DNA from: a virus
Lineage: Duplodnaviria; Caudoviricetes
Strand: one strand, 5' to 3'
IMG/VR virus record: IMGVR_UViG_3300035422_000089
Span: 1-64,000 of that record
Length of the DNA: 64,000 nucleotides
Below are positions 47,931-58,267 of this stretch, one piece after another. A model generated the notes under the pieces. The model saw only the letters and a program-made list of their open reading frames with translations, did no database searches and was not told the origin of the DNA. How positions within the stretch are numbered: position 1 is the first letter of the stretch; every line of letters begins with the position of its first letter. The position numbers were made by a program, and so were the translations under genes.

Positions 47931-49688
47931 TTGAGTTTTAAGATTGATGTACTTGGGAAAGTAAGATTTGGCAATGAACTTGAAGATATTTTAAAGTTGA
48001 AGGGAATAACAGATATTAACTCCTTCCTGAATCCAACAATTGAAAATACAGAAAGTGAGTTAAGATTTGACAATATTGAAGCAGCAAGAGATATTCTTGT
48101 AAATCATATCTCAAATAACAGTGTTATAGATTTACTGGTTGACTGTGATTGTGATGGTTATACATCGGGTGCAAACATTTATCAATATATAAAGAGGATA
48201 AAACCATCAATAGAAATAAGATGTTTTATTCATAGAGGAAAGATACATGGTTTAAAAGATGTTGTAGATTCTATGCTTTTAGACAATTCAAAATTGGTAA
48301 TTATTCCAGATGCTGGTTCTGGGGATGTGGATGAATGTAAGAAACTAAAAGAAAGTGGAAAAGAAGTAATTATTCTCGATCACCATAATATCAGGAATAA
48401 TGATAACACTATCCCTAATAATTCAGCAGTTGTGGTAAATAATCAATATTCATCCAGAGTAACGGATAAAGCTATGACAGGAGTTGGTATTACATATAAG
48501 TTCACAAAATTATTGGATAAATATTATGGGGTTGATTATGCAGATGAGTATCTTGACGTAGTAGCACTTGGAATGATTGGGGACAGAGCAGATACTTTGA
48601 ATTTACAAACAAGATATTTGATTCTAAAAGGGTTAGAACAAATTAAGAGCAAAATGAATAAGAATAAACTGATTTCAGCTTTTGTAGATGCTCAAATGTA
48701 TTCAATGAATAATAAGGTAACAATTAATGGATTGGGATTTTACGTCTGTCCTTTAATAAATTCTATGATCCGACTCGGAGAATATGAAGATAAATGTTAT
48801 ATGTTTGAAGCATTATGCAATTCTGACAAAATGTTAGAAAGAAAAGTTAAGGGTAAGGGAATGGTCAATATGACTATTCAGGAATATGTATTAAAGGCAT
48901 GTCAGTCCACAAACAGAAAACAGAAAAAAATTACAGAAGAAAGTGCAGATATATTATCTGAGGAGATTAAAAAATATGGAATGGATAAACTGCCAATTTT
49001 GGTATGTAATGCCAGAGATGATGTTGACAGTAATTCCACTGGATTAATTGCAAACAGATTAGCAGACCAATATCAAAGACCATGTTTGTTAATGAGAAGA
49101 AAGGGAGATATATGTAAGGGAAGTGGACGAGGGTGTGATAAATGTGAAATCTTAGATTTTAACAAATGGTGCAAAGATACCGGATTATTTAATATGGTAG
49201 ATGGACACCCAGGAGCATTTGGATGTGAAATATCTTTTGAAAACACCAATAAATTATTTCAACTGTTATCAACTATGGATCGGATTGATGAGCCAACGTA
49301 CCATGTTTACAACATATATGATGCAGATAAATTACATGACCAAATTATTAAAAATGTTGCTAAGTATGATTATATATGGGGAAACACAGTACAGGAACCT
49401 ATTTTTTTTATTAAAAATATTCCATGCAATAAATATAATTTAAATCTTATAGGATCAAAACAAAACAAAATCGAATTTACATATCATAACATCAAGTTCA
49501 CAAAACAAACAAAAGGGAGTTCATTAGCTGCATTATATAAAGAAATATTAAATGTAGGTGAGAATATAGAGTTTGATGTAGTTGGCAGATTTTCTATTGA
49601 TATGAAATGCAATAAGACTCCGCAGGTATTAGTGGATGATTGGATTTATTATAAAAGTGATAAGATACAAGGTTTTGGATTTTGTTAA
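47931..49688 (+). CDS. recJ: RecJ-like ssDNA exonuclease (DHH family)
   Basis: VDCDCDG, IPDAG, ILDHH, LGMIGD, GSGRG and GHPGAFG. Confidence 0.88.
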   Translation: MSFKIDVLGKVRFGNELEDILKLKGITDINSFLNPTIENTESELRFDNIEAARDILVNHISNNSVIDLLVDCDCDGYTSGANIYQYIKRIKPSIEIRCFIHRGKIHGLKDVVDSMLLDNSKLVIIPDAGSGDVDECKKLKESGKEVIILDHHNIRNNDNTIPNNSAVVVNNQYSSRVTDKAMTGVGITYKFTKLLDKYYGVDYADEYLDVVALGMIGDRADTLNLQTRYLILKGLEQIKSKMNKNKLISAFVDAQMYSMNNKVTINGLGFYVCPLINSMIRLGEYEDKCYMFEALCNSDKMLERKVKGKGMVNMTIQEYVLKACQSTNRKQKKITEESADILSEEIKKYGMDKLPILVCNARDDVDSNSTGLIANRLADQYQRPCLLMRRKGDICKGSGRGCDKCEILDFNKWCKDTGLFNMVDGHPGAFGCEISFENTNKLFQLLSTMDRIDEPTYHVYNIYDADKLHDQIIKNVAKYDYIWGNTVQEPIFFIKNIPCNKYNLNLIGSKQNKIEFTYHNIKFTKQTKGSSLAALYKEILNVGENIEFDVVGRFSIDMKCNKTPQVLVDDWIYYKSDKIQGFGFC

Positions 49689-49704
49689 TGGAGGTGAGTG
49701 ATTA

Positions 49705-52284
49705 TTGATAGATAAAAATAAAATTTGGGGATATGACTTTGAGGTGTATTCAAAAATTAATTGGTGGTGTGTTACCTTTGTCAATTATTCAGATAGAAAT
49801 AGTATCATTACCATCATTAATAATAGACAAGACCTTGTTGAGTTTTATGAAAAACACAAAAACGAGATTTTTGTTTCATATAACGGTAGGCAATATGATA
49901 CAGGTATATTCAAAGCTATTTTAGATGGAATGAATGTTGGGTATATAAATGACAAGTTGATTAAGGAAGGTAAAAAACCATTTCAAGTAGTCAGAAACTC
50001 AAAGAATTATTCTTTAAATGACTATGATGCAATTTTGAAAGATAAGTCTTTAAAGCAGTTAGAAGCATTTATGGGAGATGATATTAGAGAAACTGAAGTA
50101 GATTTTAATATCGATCGACCATTAACAGAAAAAGAAATTGAGCAAACAAAATTTTACAATATTCATGATGTTTTAGAGCTACTCAGGGTACTTGATGAAT
50201 GTTGGGATGATTTTGAAGGTCAATTAGATATTATTGAACTTTATAATTTGGATATGTCTTACTTTACAAAGACAAAAGTACAATTAGCTGCAAAAATTCT
50301 CAATGCTGTTGATCAACACACAATGGATGATGAATTTGATATAAGGCTTCCGGAAACTATAAAATTATCGGATAAATACAAATTTATTCCAGAATGGTAC
50401 ATGAATCCTAAAAATTGGAGATATAAAGAACATCTTCGTTCTGAAGACAATCAACATAATAATCAGTTGTGTTGTATTGTTGCAGGTATTCCTCATGTAT
50501 TTGCCTGGGGAGGATGTCATGGAGCAGATGATAAGGAATCTGTATTTGAAGGAATTATATTACACGCTGATGTATCAAGTATGTATCCGACTACTGATAT
50601 TGAATATAATCTTTTAAGTAGAAAATTTAAAAATCCTGACGATTTTAGAAAGATGAGAGATTTCAGGTTAAATTTAAAAGCGAAGGGAAATTCAAAAAAT
50701 AAATCCTTGAAACCTATGATAAATGGTATTTATGGAGCATCAAAAGATAGAAATGGTGCGATTTACGATCCATTAATGGCGAATCTTACTTGTATTTTTG
50801 GTCAGTTGTTTATATTAGATTTAATTGATAAGCTAGAACCTTATTGTAGATTATTGCAGACAAATACAGATGGTATATTTGTTCTTTGCGAAAATGAACA
50901 AATGAAGAATAAAGTAATCGAAATTACAAATTCTGTAGGGAAAAGACTTAGAATGGAATTTGAAATTGAGGAATACACAAAACTTATTCAGAAAGACGTA
51001 AATAACTACATAGCTGTTATGAAAAATGGAAAACTTGAATGTAAAGGAGCAATGGTTAAGAAAAATAATCCTATTGATAATGATTTACCAATTCTAAATG
51101 ATGCCGTTAGAGATTATCTGGCAAATGGGAAACCAATAGAACAGACTATAAATGAGTGTAATGAACTAATCAAGTTTCAGAAAATTATTAAATTATCATC
51201 AAAATATAAGGAAGTTTGGTATGGAACTGGTGTATATAGCAAGGTTGATGATGGAACTACAAAAGTTACAAGTATTGAAGGTGATTTGTTAAAGGGTAAA
51301 GTACATAGAGTGTTTGCCAGCACGAGAGAAACAGATGGTTCTATTTATAAATTGAAAATAGAAAAAGGTGCTAGATCTTATGAAAAATTTGCCAATACTC
51401 CAGATAATTTATTCATTGATAATGAAGACATTCATAATAAAGAAATACCAGAATATTTGGATAGAAACTATTACATTAAAGAGGCAAAAAAGAGAGTTGA
51501 AATGTTTCTAACGAAAGACAAAGATAAGGTTGATGAGACTCCAAATATTTTATTCAAATGCATGTGTGAAAGTAATGATTTTTACACATTCTTAGAGAAG
51601 TGTAAAGAGAGTGGAATTACAAAAAAAGTTTTGGAAGGATATTTGATTGCCGACTGCTGTAATAATTATGGAAAAACAGATAAATTGTTAAGATTCAGGG
51701 ATTATTTTGAATTGTTATATACAAAAGATAAAATAACAATTACTACCTTAAATAAGAAGTTTCAAGATGAAAATGTTAAAAATATCATTATTAAAAATGC
51801 TGAGTTGACAAAGAGTGGTAAGTCTTATAACAATCTTAATTCTAAGAAAATATTATTTGAAATTTTTGATTATCTTGAAGATAAACATATTAATCCTTAT
51901 TCAATAATGAAAACTCAGGTGGAGAAATTTAATGAAGTAAGATTTAAAGATGATGAACTAAATGATAATAGATGGTTCGTATTAAACACTCGTAATGTTA
52001 TTGCGCCAAATCTAATTTTATATAATATGAAAACTGGTGAAATTCAATATAGAAAAATAAGAAAAGAAATATTTAAAATTTTACCATTACAGGATGGTGA
52101 CATTATTGATGTAATTGGTTCAGAAAAGGAATTTGCTAAAAAAATTATAGGTAAAGATAATAATGGGATCAATATTGTTGCTGCGGATATTGATAAAGAG
52201 CTGGATGTAATTACGCAATATGATTTGGTTTATAGGGATTACAGTAAAGGAAAGTCACTGATAGAGAATTGTGAGGTGTGTTAG
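49705..52284 (+). CDS. Family B DNA polymerase with DnaE-like C-terminal extension
   Basis: Exo I YDFEV, YNGRQYD, YNIHDV; ADVSSMYP, KPMINGIYG, NTDGI; extra about 245 aa after 51541. Confidence 0.8.
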   Translation: MIDKNKIWGYDFEVYSKINWWCVTFVNYSDRNSIITIINNRQDLVEFYEKHKNEIFVSYNGRQYDTGIFKAILDGMNVGYINDKLIKEGKKPFQVVRNSKNYSLNDYDAILKDKSLKQLEAFMGDDIRETEVDFNIDRPLTEKEIEQTKFYNIHDVLELLRVLDECWDDFEGQLDIIELYNLDMSYFTKTKVQLAAKILNAVDQHTMDDEFDIRLPETIKLSDKYKFIPEWYMNPKNWRYKEHLRSEDNQHNNQLCCIVAGIPHVFAWGGCHGADDKESVFEGIILHADVSSMYPTTDIEYNLLSRKFKNPDDFRKMRDFRLNLKAKGNSKNKSLKPMINGIYGASKDRNGAIYDPLMANLTCIFGQLFILDLIDKLEPYCRLLQTNTDGIFVLCENEQMKNKVIEITNSVGKRLRMEFEIEEYTKLIQKDVNNYIAVMKNGKLECKGAMVKKNNPIDNDLPILNDAVRDYLANGKPIEQTINECNELIKFQKIIKLSSKYKEVWYGTGVYSKVDDGTTKVTSIEGDLLKGKVHRVFASTRETDGSIYKLKIEKGARSYEKFANTPDNLFIDNEDIHNKEIPEYLDRNYYIKEAKKRVEMFLTKDKDKVDETPNILFKCMCESNDFYTFLEKCKESGITKKVLEGYLIADCCNNYGKTDKLLRFRDYFELLYTKDKITITTLNKKFQDENVKNIIIKNAELTKSGKSYNNLNSKKILFEIFDYLEDKHINPYSIMKTQVEKFNEVRFKDDELNDNRWFVLNTRNVIAPNLILYNMKTGEIQYRKIRKEIFKILPLQDGDIIDVIGSEKEFAKKIIGKDNNGINIVAADIDKELDVITQYDLVYRDYSKGKSLIENCEVC

Positions 52285-54629
52285 TGGAAGAAGAAAGAAT
52301 TATAAAAATTGAAGGTACTCTGGATAGAATTTATTATCCAAAGTATGCAAAAAAAGTTGATTCAGGAGAATTTGCAATTTTTAGGGTTTTCATTACAAAA
52401 AGATTAGAAAATTGCGATGATGAAATAGAAGATATAAATGTAAAAGGAAATGTATGTACTTTAGAATATGGAACTACTTATAAAATATTTGCTAAATTGG
52501 CTGAGACACATGAGATTTACGGGAATACATATGATTTAGTTTATATAAGTAAATGCATAGACATATCCAGTAAAGATAAGCAGAAGGAATTTTTAAAGAA
52601 TGTGCTGAATGAAAATCTGGTAGAAAAATTATTTGATGAATATGATGATGTTATCAAATTATTAGAGGAAAGAGATGTTAAATCCCTTATGAAAATAAAG
52701 GGAATAGGAAATCAGGTAGCTTTAAAGATGATTGATGAATATGAGGAATCTAAAGATTACAGTGCAATTTATATGGAACTTGGACAACTTGGATTGACTC
52801 ACACATTCATTAAAAAACTTGTAGACTTCTATCATTCGCCAGATACAGTAATTGATGTTGTTAGAAACAATCCTTATGATCTTGTCCGTGTGGATGGGGT
52901 TGGTTTTAAGAAAGCTGATGAGGTTGCTTGCAAAGTTGGTATTGGACAGTATGATATTTGCAGAATAAAAGGATTTCTTTTACATCATTTGAATGAACAA
53001 GGAGAAGCGGGGAAGAGCTATCTGAATTATCAAGAATTGATGAAAGCACTATATGATACGTTGGGTTTTGTTCCTGAAGAAGTAATTAACGCAACAGCAA
53101 AACAGATGATTGAAAATGAGGATGTAGTAGTTCTGGATAATGGATCAAAGATTGCACTAAAACGATTTTATGATTTAGAGAAAAATATAATGAATGAATT
53201 ACTTAGATTACAGATAGGTAAAATCAAAATCATAGAAGAGAATAGTGAGAATGATGAGGAGTCAGAGCTACATAGTGATTATATACCAAAGTCATTCAAT
53301 ATTGGCAATTGGGAAACTGTAGTTAAACGAGTAGAAGAAAAGCAAGGATTTACATTCACAGAGGAACAGCGGAGTGCTATTAAATTGAGTTTGGATAATC
53401 ATGTTATGGCTTTAACTGGTTTAGCAGGAGCAGGTAAAACAAGTACCGCTAATGGAATATGCTCATTGTATGATGATTACAATATTTTAGCTTGTGCATT
53501 ATCTGGAAAAGCGAGTGTAAGAATTACAGAGGCAACAGGACTACCGGCAAGTACAATTCATAGAGCTTTGGGTTATCAAAATGGAAAGTTTATGTTTAAT
53601 AAGGACAACAAATTAGCAGTAGATATAGTTCTTATCGACGAAGCAACTATGATAAATGGAACACTATTTTTATCTCTGTTAGAATCTATTCCTACGGGTG
53701 CAAAAGTGATTATTATGGGAGATGTGCAACAGTTGACTCCGATTGGTAATTGCCAGGTGTTTGCTGATATTTTAGACAGTAACGTATTACCAGTAGTTAA
53801 ACTGACAAAACCGCATAGGCAAGCTCTAATGAGCGGTATTATTCCAACTTCGATTAAAGTAGCAAATCAGGAACAAATTTTCGCAAATAGTTTTGAAGGA
53901 AATGAAATTCTTGGTGAACTTAAAGATATGGAACTTGATGTTACAGGGAATAAAGAATCAAGAACAGATAGTATTATTTCACATTTCCAGACAGAAATGG
54001 ATAAATACCATGACATTATAGAGGTTCAAGTATGTGTTCCGATGAGATTAAAGGGAGAATTATCTTGCTATAATTTGAACACAAAAATACAAGATATTTA
54101 TAATCCCAAATTTGCTGACGGTAATGAAATTGAAATACTTTTGGAGAAGAAAAATGAAGATGTTAAAAAATATCACATCAGAGTTGGTGATAAAGTCTTA
54201 AATACAAAAAATAATTACAAATGCACTAATACAGACGGAGATACAACTCCTGTATTCAATGGAAATATCGGCATTGTAAAAGAAATTGAAGATAATGGTT
54301 ACTGTACAATAGATTTTGTTGGAATTGGGGAGGTTGTATTTAGTAAGACCGATTCTAAAAATCTTGAATTGGCTTATGCGTGTACTGTTCATAAAATGCA
54401 AGGAAGTGGTTTCACATCTACTATTGTTGGAATGGACACAGGAAGTTATATAATGAATAATTCAGAATTACTTTATACAGCAATAACCAGAGCTAAAAAG
54501 TATTGTGTATTAGTTGGTAATAATTATGCTATTTCAAAGGCGATACAGACAAAAGAAGTTAAAACCAAACAGACATTTTTAAGAGATATGTTGTTAGAGA
54601 ATAGTTATAAATTGAAAGAGGTTGCATAG
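52278..54629 (+). CDS. recD2: RecD2-like SF1B helicase
   Basis: HhH repeats, GLAGAGKT, LIDEATM, GDVQQL, HRQA, YACTVHKMQGS and LYTAITRAK. Confidence 0.9.
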   Translation: MLVEEERIIKIEGTLDRIYYPKYAKKVDSGEFAIFRVFITKRLENCDDEIEDINVKGNVCTLEYGTTYKIFAKLAETHEIYGNTYDLVYISKCIDISSKDKQKEFLKNVLNENLVEKLFDEYDDVIKLLEERDVKSLMKIKGIGNQVALKMIDEYEESKDYSAIYMELGQLGLTHTFIKKLVDFYHSPDTVIDVVRNNPYDLVRVDGVGFKKADEVACKVGIGQYDICRIKGFLLHHLNEQGEAGKSYLNYQELMKALYDTLGFVPEEVINATAKQMIENEDVVVLDNGSKIALKRFYDLEKNIMNELLRLQIGKIKIIEENSENDEESELHSDYIPKSFNIGNWETVVKRVEEKQGFTFTEEQRSAIKLSLDNHVMALTGLAGAGKTSTANGICSLYDDYNILACALSGKASVRITEATGLPASTIHRALGYQNGKFMFNKDNKLAVDIVLIDEATMINGTLFLSLLESIPTGAKVIIMGDVQQLTPIGNCQVFADILDSNVLPVVKLTKPHRQALMSGIIPTSIKVANQEQIFANSFEGNEILGELKDMELDVTGNKESRTDSIISHFQTEMDKYHDIIEVQVCVPMRLKGELSCYNLNTKIQDIYNPKFADGNEIEILLEKKNEDVKKYHIRVGDKVLNTKNNYKCTNTDGDTTPVFNGNIGIVKEIEDNGYCTIDFVGIGEVVFSKTDSKNLELAYACTVHKMQGSGFTSTIVGMDTGSYIMNNSELLYTAITRAKKYCVLVGNNYAISKAIQTKEVKTKQTFLRDMLLENSYKLKEVA

Positions 54630-54640
54630 GAGGATGATAA

Positions 54641-55165
54641 ATGGCAGCATTATATGAATTAACAGGTGAGTTCCTTCAGCTTATGGATATGTTGGAGGAC
54701 GAAGAGTGTGATGAGCAGTGTATCATGGATACACTTGAATCTGTAGAATATGAGATTGAAGATAAGGCTGATGGATATGCAAAGATTATTAAATCATTGG
54801 AGTCTAATGTAGATGGTTTATCAAAAGAAGCCGATAGGCTGATAACACGAAAGAAGACATATGAAAATAGGATTAAATGGTTGAAACAGAATCTTGAAAT
54901 GTGTATGAGAGCTACTGGGAAGAGAAAATTCACAACAGATTTGTTTTCGTTCAATATTCAGAAGAATGGTGGAAAGAGAAAACTTGTAGTTGATGTAGAT
55001 GTAGAAAAAGTACCAGAGAAATATAGGATTAAGCAGCCAGACGCTATTGATGGAGAATCTATAAGAGAATATTTAAAAGAAAATGGTTTGGAAGGACAGG
55101 ACGGCTCACTTAATTGTGAATTTGCACATTTAGAGCCACAGGGAGAGAGTTTGAGAATTAGATAG
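54641..55165 (+). CDS. Siphovirus Gp157 family protein
   Basis: LYELTGE...IEDKADGY...FSFNIQKN...LRIR pattern. Confidence 0.8.
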   Translation: MAALYELTGEFLQLMDMLEDEECDEQCIMDTLESVEYEIEDKADGYAKIIKSLESNVDGLSKEADRLITRKKTYENRIKWLKQNLEMCMRATGKRKFTTDLFSFNIQKNGGKRKLVVDVDVEKVPEKYRIKQPDAIDGESIREYLKENGLEGQDGSLNCEFAHLEPQGESLRIR

Positions 55166-55177
55166 CATAAAAACAGT

Positions 55178-55219
55178 CTATATATAGTGGTTTGCAAAAT
55201 TAAAGACCACCATATATAG
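55178..55219. repeat. 42-bp inverted repeat, copy 3
   Basis: CTATATATAG-TGGTTT-N10-AGACCA-CCATATATAG. Confidence 0.75.
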
Positions 55220-55266
55220 GCTAAAAATGGCAATGAAATAGGACTTTTAAGTTATTCGAGTTCGTA

Positions 55267-56208
55267 TTATAACATATTTTTTGATTCAAGTACAATGTAA
55301 AATTTATCACCATTTTTTGTTGTTTTAAAGGTAATACCCTCACTACTTATTAAATGTGCCTCCGTGATTAAGTCGTATGCTTCTAATAATTTTAATATTT
55401 TGGTATATGCAAATGAAAAATATGTATAACCTGCCCCTTCATATACAGCCAATGAAGAATAATTTGAAATAAAAAAATCTAAAGCATTAACTGTGATTTC
55501 GTTATATTTATAATTTATTTTATATGTTTTGCTTTGTAAAACAAGATATAGCTCATCAAATGAATAATCACCTATTTTGTTTAAATTTTTTGTACTTAGC
55601 TGATCTTGTAATTTTTGAATTTGTTTATTAAGTAAGTTATTTTCTTTGATTAAAGAGTTATTGTCTTTTAATAACTGTATATTATCATTTTCTTTATTAT
55701 TTCGTACCCAGCCTGTGAGATGGTATTCATTTGTAAATTCATTGAGTGTTGAATGTATAGTGATTTTAATATCTTTGCAATCATCAACAATACGAATAAT
55801 CTTTGACATAACTAATAATTTAAAAGATTGATATTTGTCTGGTGTCTTTTGTTCCATAACATCGGATAGACCAAGTAAATTTATTTTATTAGTTAAAAAT
55901 GCTTCACTTAATACAACAGCGAAAACAGGTATATTTTTAGATAATGCATATTCATATTCAAGCTGTGTATAACTTTTCCCAGAATTAGTTTCAATAGAGC
56001 CATAACGTCCACCGAGAATAAGCATATAAACATCAGATTCATCAATCCATTTATATATTGTCTTTAATTGAGACTCATTTCCAGCCTTAAATAATTCCAT
56101 ACCGGCAGGAATATGACCAGCATCAAGAATTGCCTGTACGGCTGCTTGACGTTCTTCAATGAGATCAGTATATGTAGATGAAACAAAGACTTGTAACTTT
56201 TTATTCAT
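55267..56208 (-). CDS. DUF4062 domain protein (minus strand; track label + is wrong)
   Basis: Reverse complement from 56208 reads ATG AAT AAA; QVFVSSTY.DL.EERQ, GMELF, LGGRYGS, SYTQLEY. Confidence 0.85.
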   Translation of the reverse strand: MNKKLQVFVSSTYTDLIEERQAAVQAILDAGHIPAGMELFKAGNESQLKTIYKWIDESDVYMLILGGRYGSIETNSGKSYTQLEYEYALSKNIPVFAVVLSEAFLTNKINLLGLSDVMEQKTPDKYQSFKLLVMSKIIRIVDDCKDIKITIHSTLNEFTNEYHLTGWVRNNKENDNIQLLKDNNSLIKENNLLNKQIQKLQDQLSTKNLNKIGDYSFDELYLVLQSKTYKINYKYNEITVNALDFFISNYSSLAVYEGAGYTYFSFAYTKILKLLEAYDLITEAHLISSEGITFKTTKNGDKFYIVLESKNML

Positions 56209-56240
56209 TAGTATATATCCCCTTTAAATATAATAGGTAA

Positions 56241-56269
56241 ATTATACCACAAATACAGAATATAGTAAA
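56241..56269 (-). promoter_or_regulatory. SigmaA promoter for the DUF4062 gene
   Basis: TTTACT, 17 nt, TATAAT with extended TG. Confidence 0.65.
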
Positions 56270-56295
56270 TATGAGAACAGTTGATTGTATAATGA

Positions 56296-56667
56296 ATGAA
56301 GGTGATAACCATAAGAAAAATAGAACAAATAACACCACTAAAAATAGGATTCATAGGATATAACTCACAACTTACACAAGATGGGCTGAGAAAATTTGCA
56401 AACAATAATGAAGAAGATGTAGAAATATTTAAATATAGGAAAAGCTACATACGTTTGAAAGACGGAACAGAAATGGTTGGTTTATATGAAAATAGAGGAG
56501 ATGGTTTAAGAGGTCATAGATTTGATCAACTTATTCTATTTGATGATGAAAGATGGATGATTAAGTGGGATAGGTATAATTTTATTAAAACAGTAATTGA
56601 AAAATGTATGCGTTGGTATAGTTGTGTGCCAGAAGAGTTTCAAGTTTTAGAATATGAGGATATATAA
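56296..56667 (+). CDS. Hypothetical protein
   Basis: ORF on the coding strand; start uncertain. Confidence 0.6.
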   Translation: MKVITIRKIEQITPLKIGFIGYNSQLTQDGLRKFANNNEEDVEIFKYRKSYIRLKDGTEMVGLYENRGDGLRGHRFDQLILFDDERWMIKWDRYNFIKTVIEKCMRWYSCVPEEFQVLEYEDI

Positions 56668-56693
56668 GGAAAAAATAAGAGATAAAGGAGAAC

Positions 56694-56933
56694 GTGATGG
56701 GCGAAAATCACTATGTATTAGAATATGATTTCCATATGTATACGATTAATATGGAATGCAAAAGTGTAGAACGGAAACGACTTTATTTTGATAAAGTAGA
56801 AGAATTATTGGAAGAGTATCGAAAGAAAAAAGATGCATTGTTTATGGGATGTATTAAATACAATGATAATTTTAAAATCTATAAAGCGATTTTTGAAGAA
56901 ATAGATATAAAGGGAATTGACATACTTATGTAA
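56694..56933 (+). CDS. Hypothetical protein
   Basis: AAGGAG SD. Confidence 0.6.
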   Translation: MMGENHYVLEYDFHMYTINMECKSVERKRLYFDKVEELLEEYRKKKDALFMGCIKYNDNFKIYKAIFEEIDIKGIDILM

Positions 56934-56978
56934 AAGAAACAATGAAAGATAGGTTTTATTTAAGTAGGGAGGTAAATT

Positions 56979-57188
56979 GTGGATGTAATTAAGTTTTTAG
57001 TTACTAGACCAGATGATACAGTATTAGTTTATTTAATGAAAAACAAATCTGATAATACATATTCGTATGTAAATATAACAAAATGGCACATATGTCCATG
57101 TAAATTTCAATCTATTCAAGAAGCTATTAAGGATATGGATAAATTACTAGAAGAAGGAAAAATTGTGAGATATGAATTTACAAATTAG
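56979..57188 (+). CDS. Hypothetical protein
   Basis: GGAGGT SD. Confidence 0.6.
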   Translation: MDVIKFLVTRPDDTVLVYLMKNKSDNTYSYVNITKWHICPCKFQSIQEAIKDMDKLLEEGKIVRYEFTN

Positions 57189-57222
57189 ATTATTCATTTG
57201 GTTACTTGGAGGTAATTAAAAT

Positions 57223-57615
57223 TTGGAAGTTTTAGCAAAGACAGAATATCAAGATTTATATAGAGTGACAGATGGTGTACTTTTAGTAGTGAATAAATTT
57301 GTTCCTATCGAATATGAAAACGAAAAATATTTTACTGTACATAGAAGAGGAGTTAAACAAGGCAAATATAGTAAAGGATGCCAAGATTGGCTCAAAGTCT
57401 TAAAGGAAGATTACTATGATGAATACAAAAATATAATGGTTCCCAAAGGCACAGTTACATATATAGATAGACCTATAATTCCAACGAATAATCAATCAGA
57501 TTGGAAATATGAGGTTAAGACAACAGGTAGTGCTTTAAGTGGAGATTTTGACACGATTGAGATGCTGCTTAGTTCTATTTTATACACGATCAGGACAGGA
57601 GAGATAGGAAAATGA
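57223..57615 (+). CDS. Hypothetical protein
   Basis: GGAGGT SD. Confidence 0.65.
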   Translation: MEVLAKTEYQDLYRVTDGVLLVVNKFVPIEYENEKYFTVHRRGVKQGKYSKGCQDWLKVLKEDYYDEYKNIMVPKGTVTYIDRPIIPTNNQSDWKYEVKTTGSALSGDFDTIEMLLSSILYTIRTGEIGK

Positions 57616-57965
57616 AATTACTTGAGATATGGGAAAGAATAGGTAAGCAGCCATTGCAGATTACACGTAGAAAAGATGCCATAGTATTTATTGGAGATTC
57701 TGAATATAGAATTAAAAATATCAGATATGATTGTGGTCAATTTATTGGTTTTGAGGCAGAACTAAAAGAACAAGTAGAATGGATAAATAAGGAAATCAAA
57801 CCTAAAGAAGATACATGGATAATTGTCAAAGATAAGGATGGTAAAGAATATAGAAACCATCAGTGGACAGGTCATGCTTGGTATGATTTCGTAATAGGGA
57901 AAGATAGTTGTGATGGATGGAGGAGTGACGTAGATATAGTAAGTTGGAAATATCAGGAGGATTAA
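57612..57965 (+). CDS. Hypothetical protein with DUF551-like C-terminus
   Basis: EWINKEIKPK...DIVSWKY. Confidence 0.6.
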   Translation: MKLLEIWERIGKQPLQITRRKDAIVFIGDSEYRIKNIRYDCGQFIGFEAELKEQVEWINKEIKPKEDTWIIVKDKDGKEYRNHQWTGHAWYDFVIGKDSCDGWRSDVDIVSWKYQED

Positions 57966-57969
57966 TCGA

Positions 57970-58236
57970 ATGGCAGGAACATTAAAAGAGATTACAGAAA
58001 ATTATGAGAAATTACATAGATTACAGATGATAGAAACGATTTTAGATAAAACGCATAGTTATGTTCATGATGTAGTTAGCAGAGTGGAAGACGAATTCGA
58101 TGATTGTGTAGATTTTGAGGATTATATTACAGAGAGCGTGATAAAGAGCACTAAAGAAAATCTTGCTACATTAGGAAAATATTTAGGTTGTAGATCGTAT
58201 GCTGATTTAATAAGTGATGTAATGCATAAACAGTAA
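57970..58236 (+). CDS. Hypothetical protein
   Basis: GGAGG SD. Confidence 0.6.
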   Translation: MAGTLKEITENYEKLHRLQMIETILDKTHSYVHDVVSRVEDEFDDCVDFEDYITESVIKSTKENLATLGKYLGCRSYADLISDVMHKQ

Positions 58237-58267
58237 GGCAATAAAACGCTCGTTTTAAGACCTATAA

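Noticed and set aside
55267-56208. Track strand label + for the DUF4062 ORF (also 10165..10554 and 19688..20053)
   Set aside because: The listed proteins are read from the reverse complement. DUF4062 is a real minus-strand gene; the other two are shadows of plus-strand genes.
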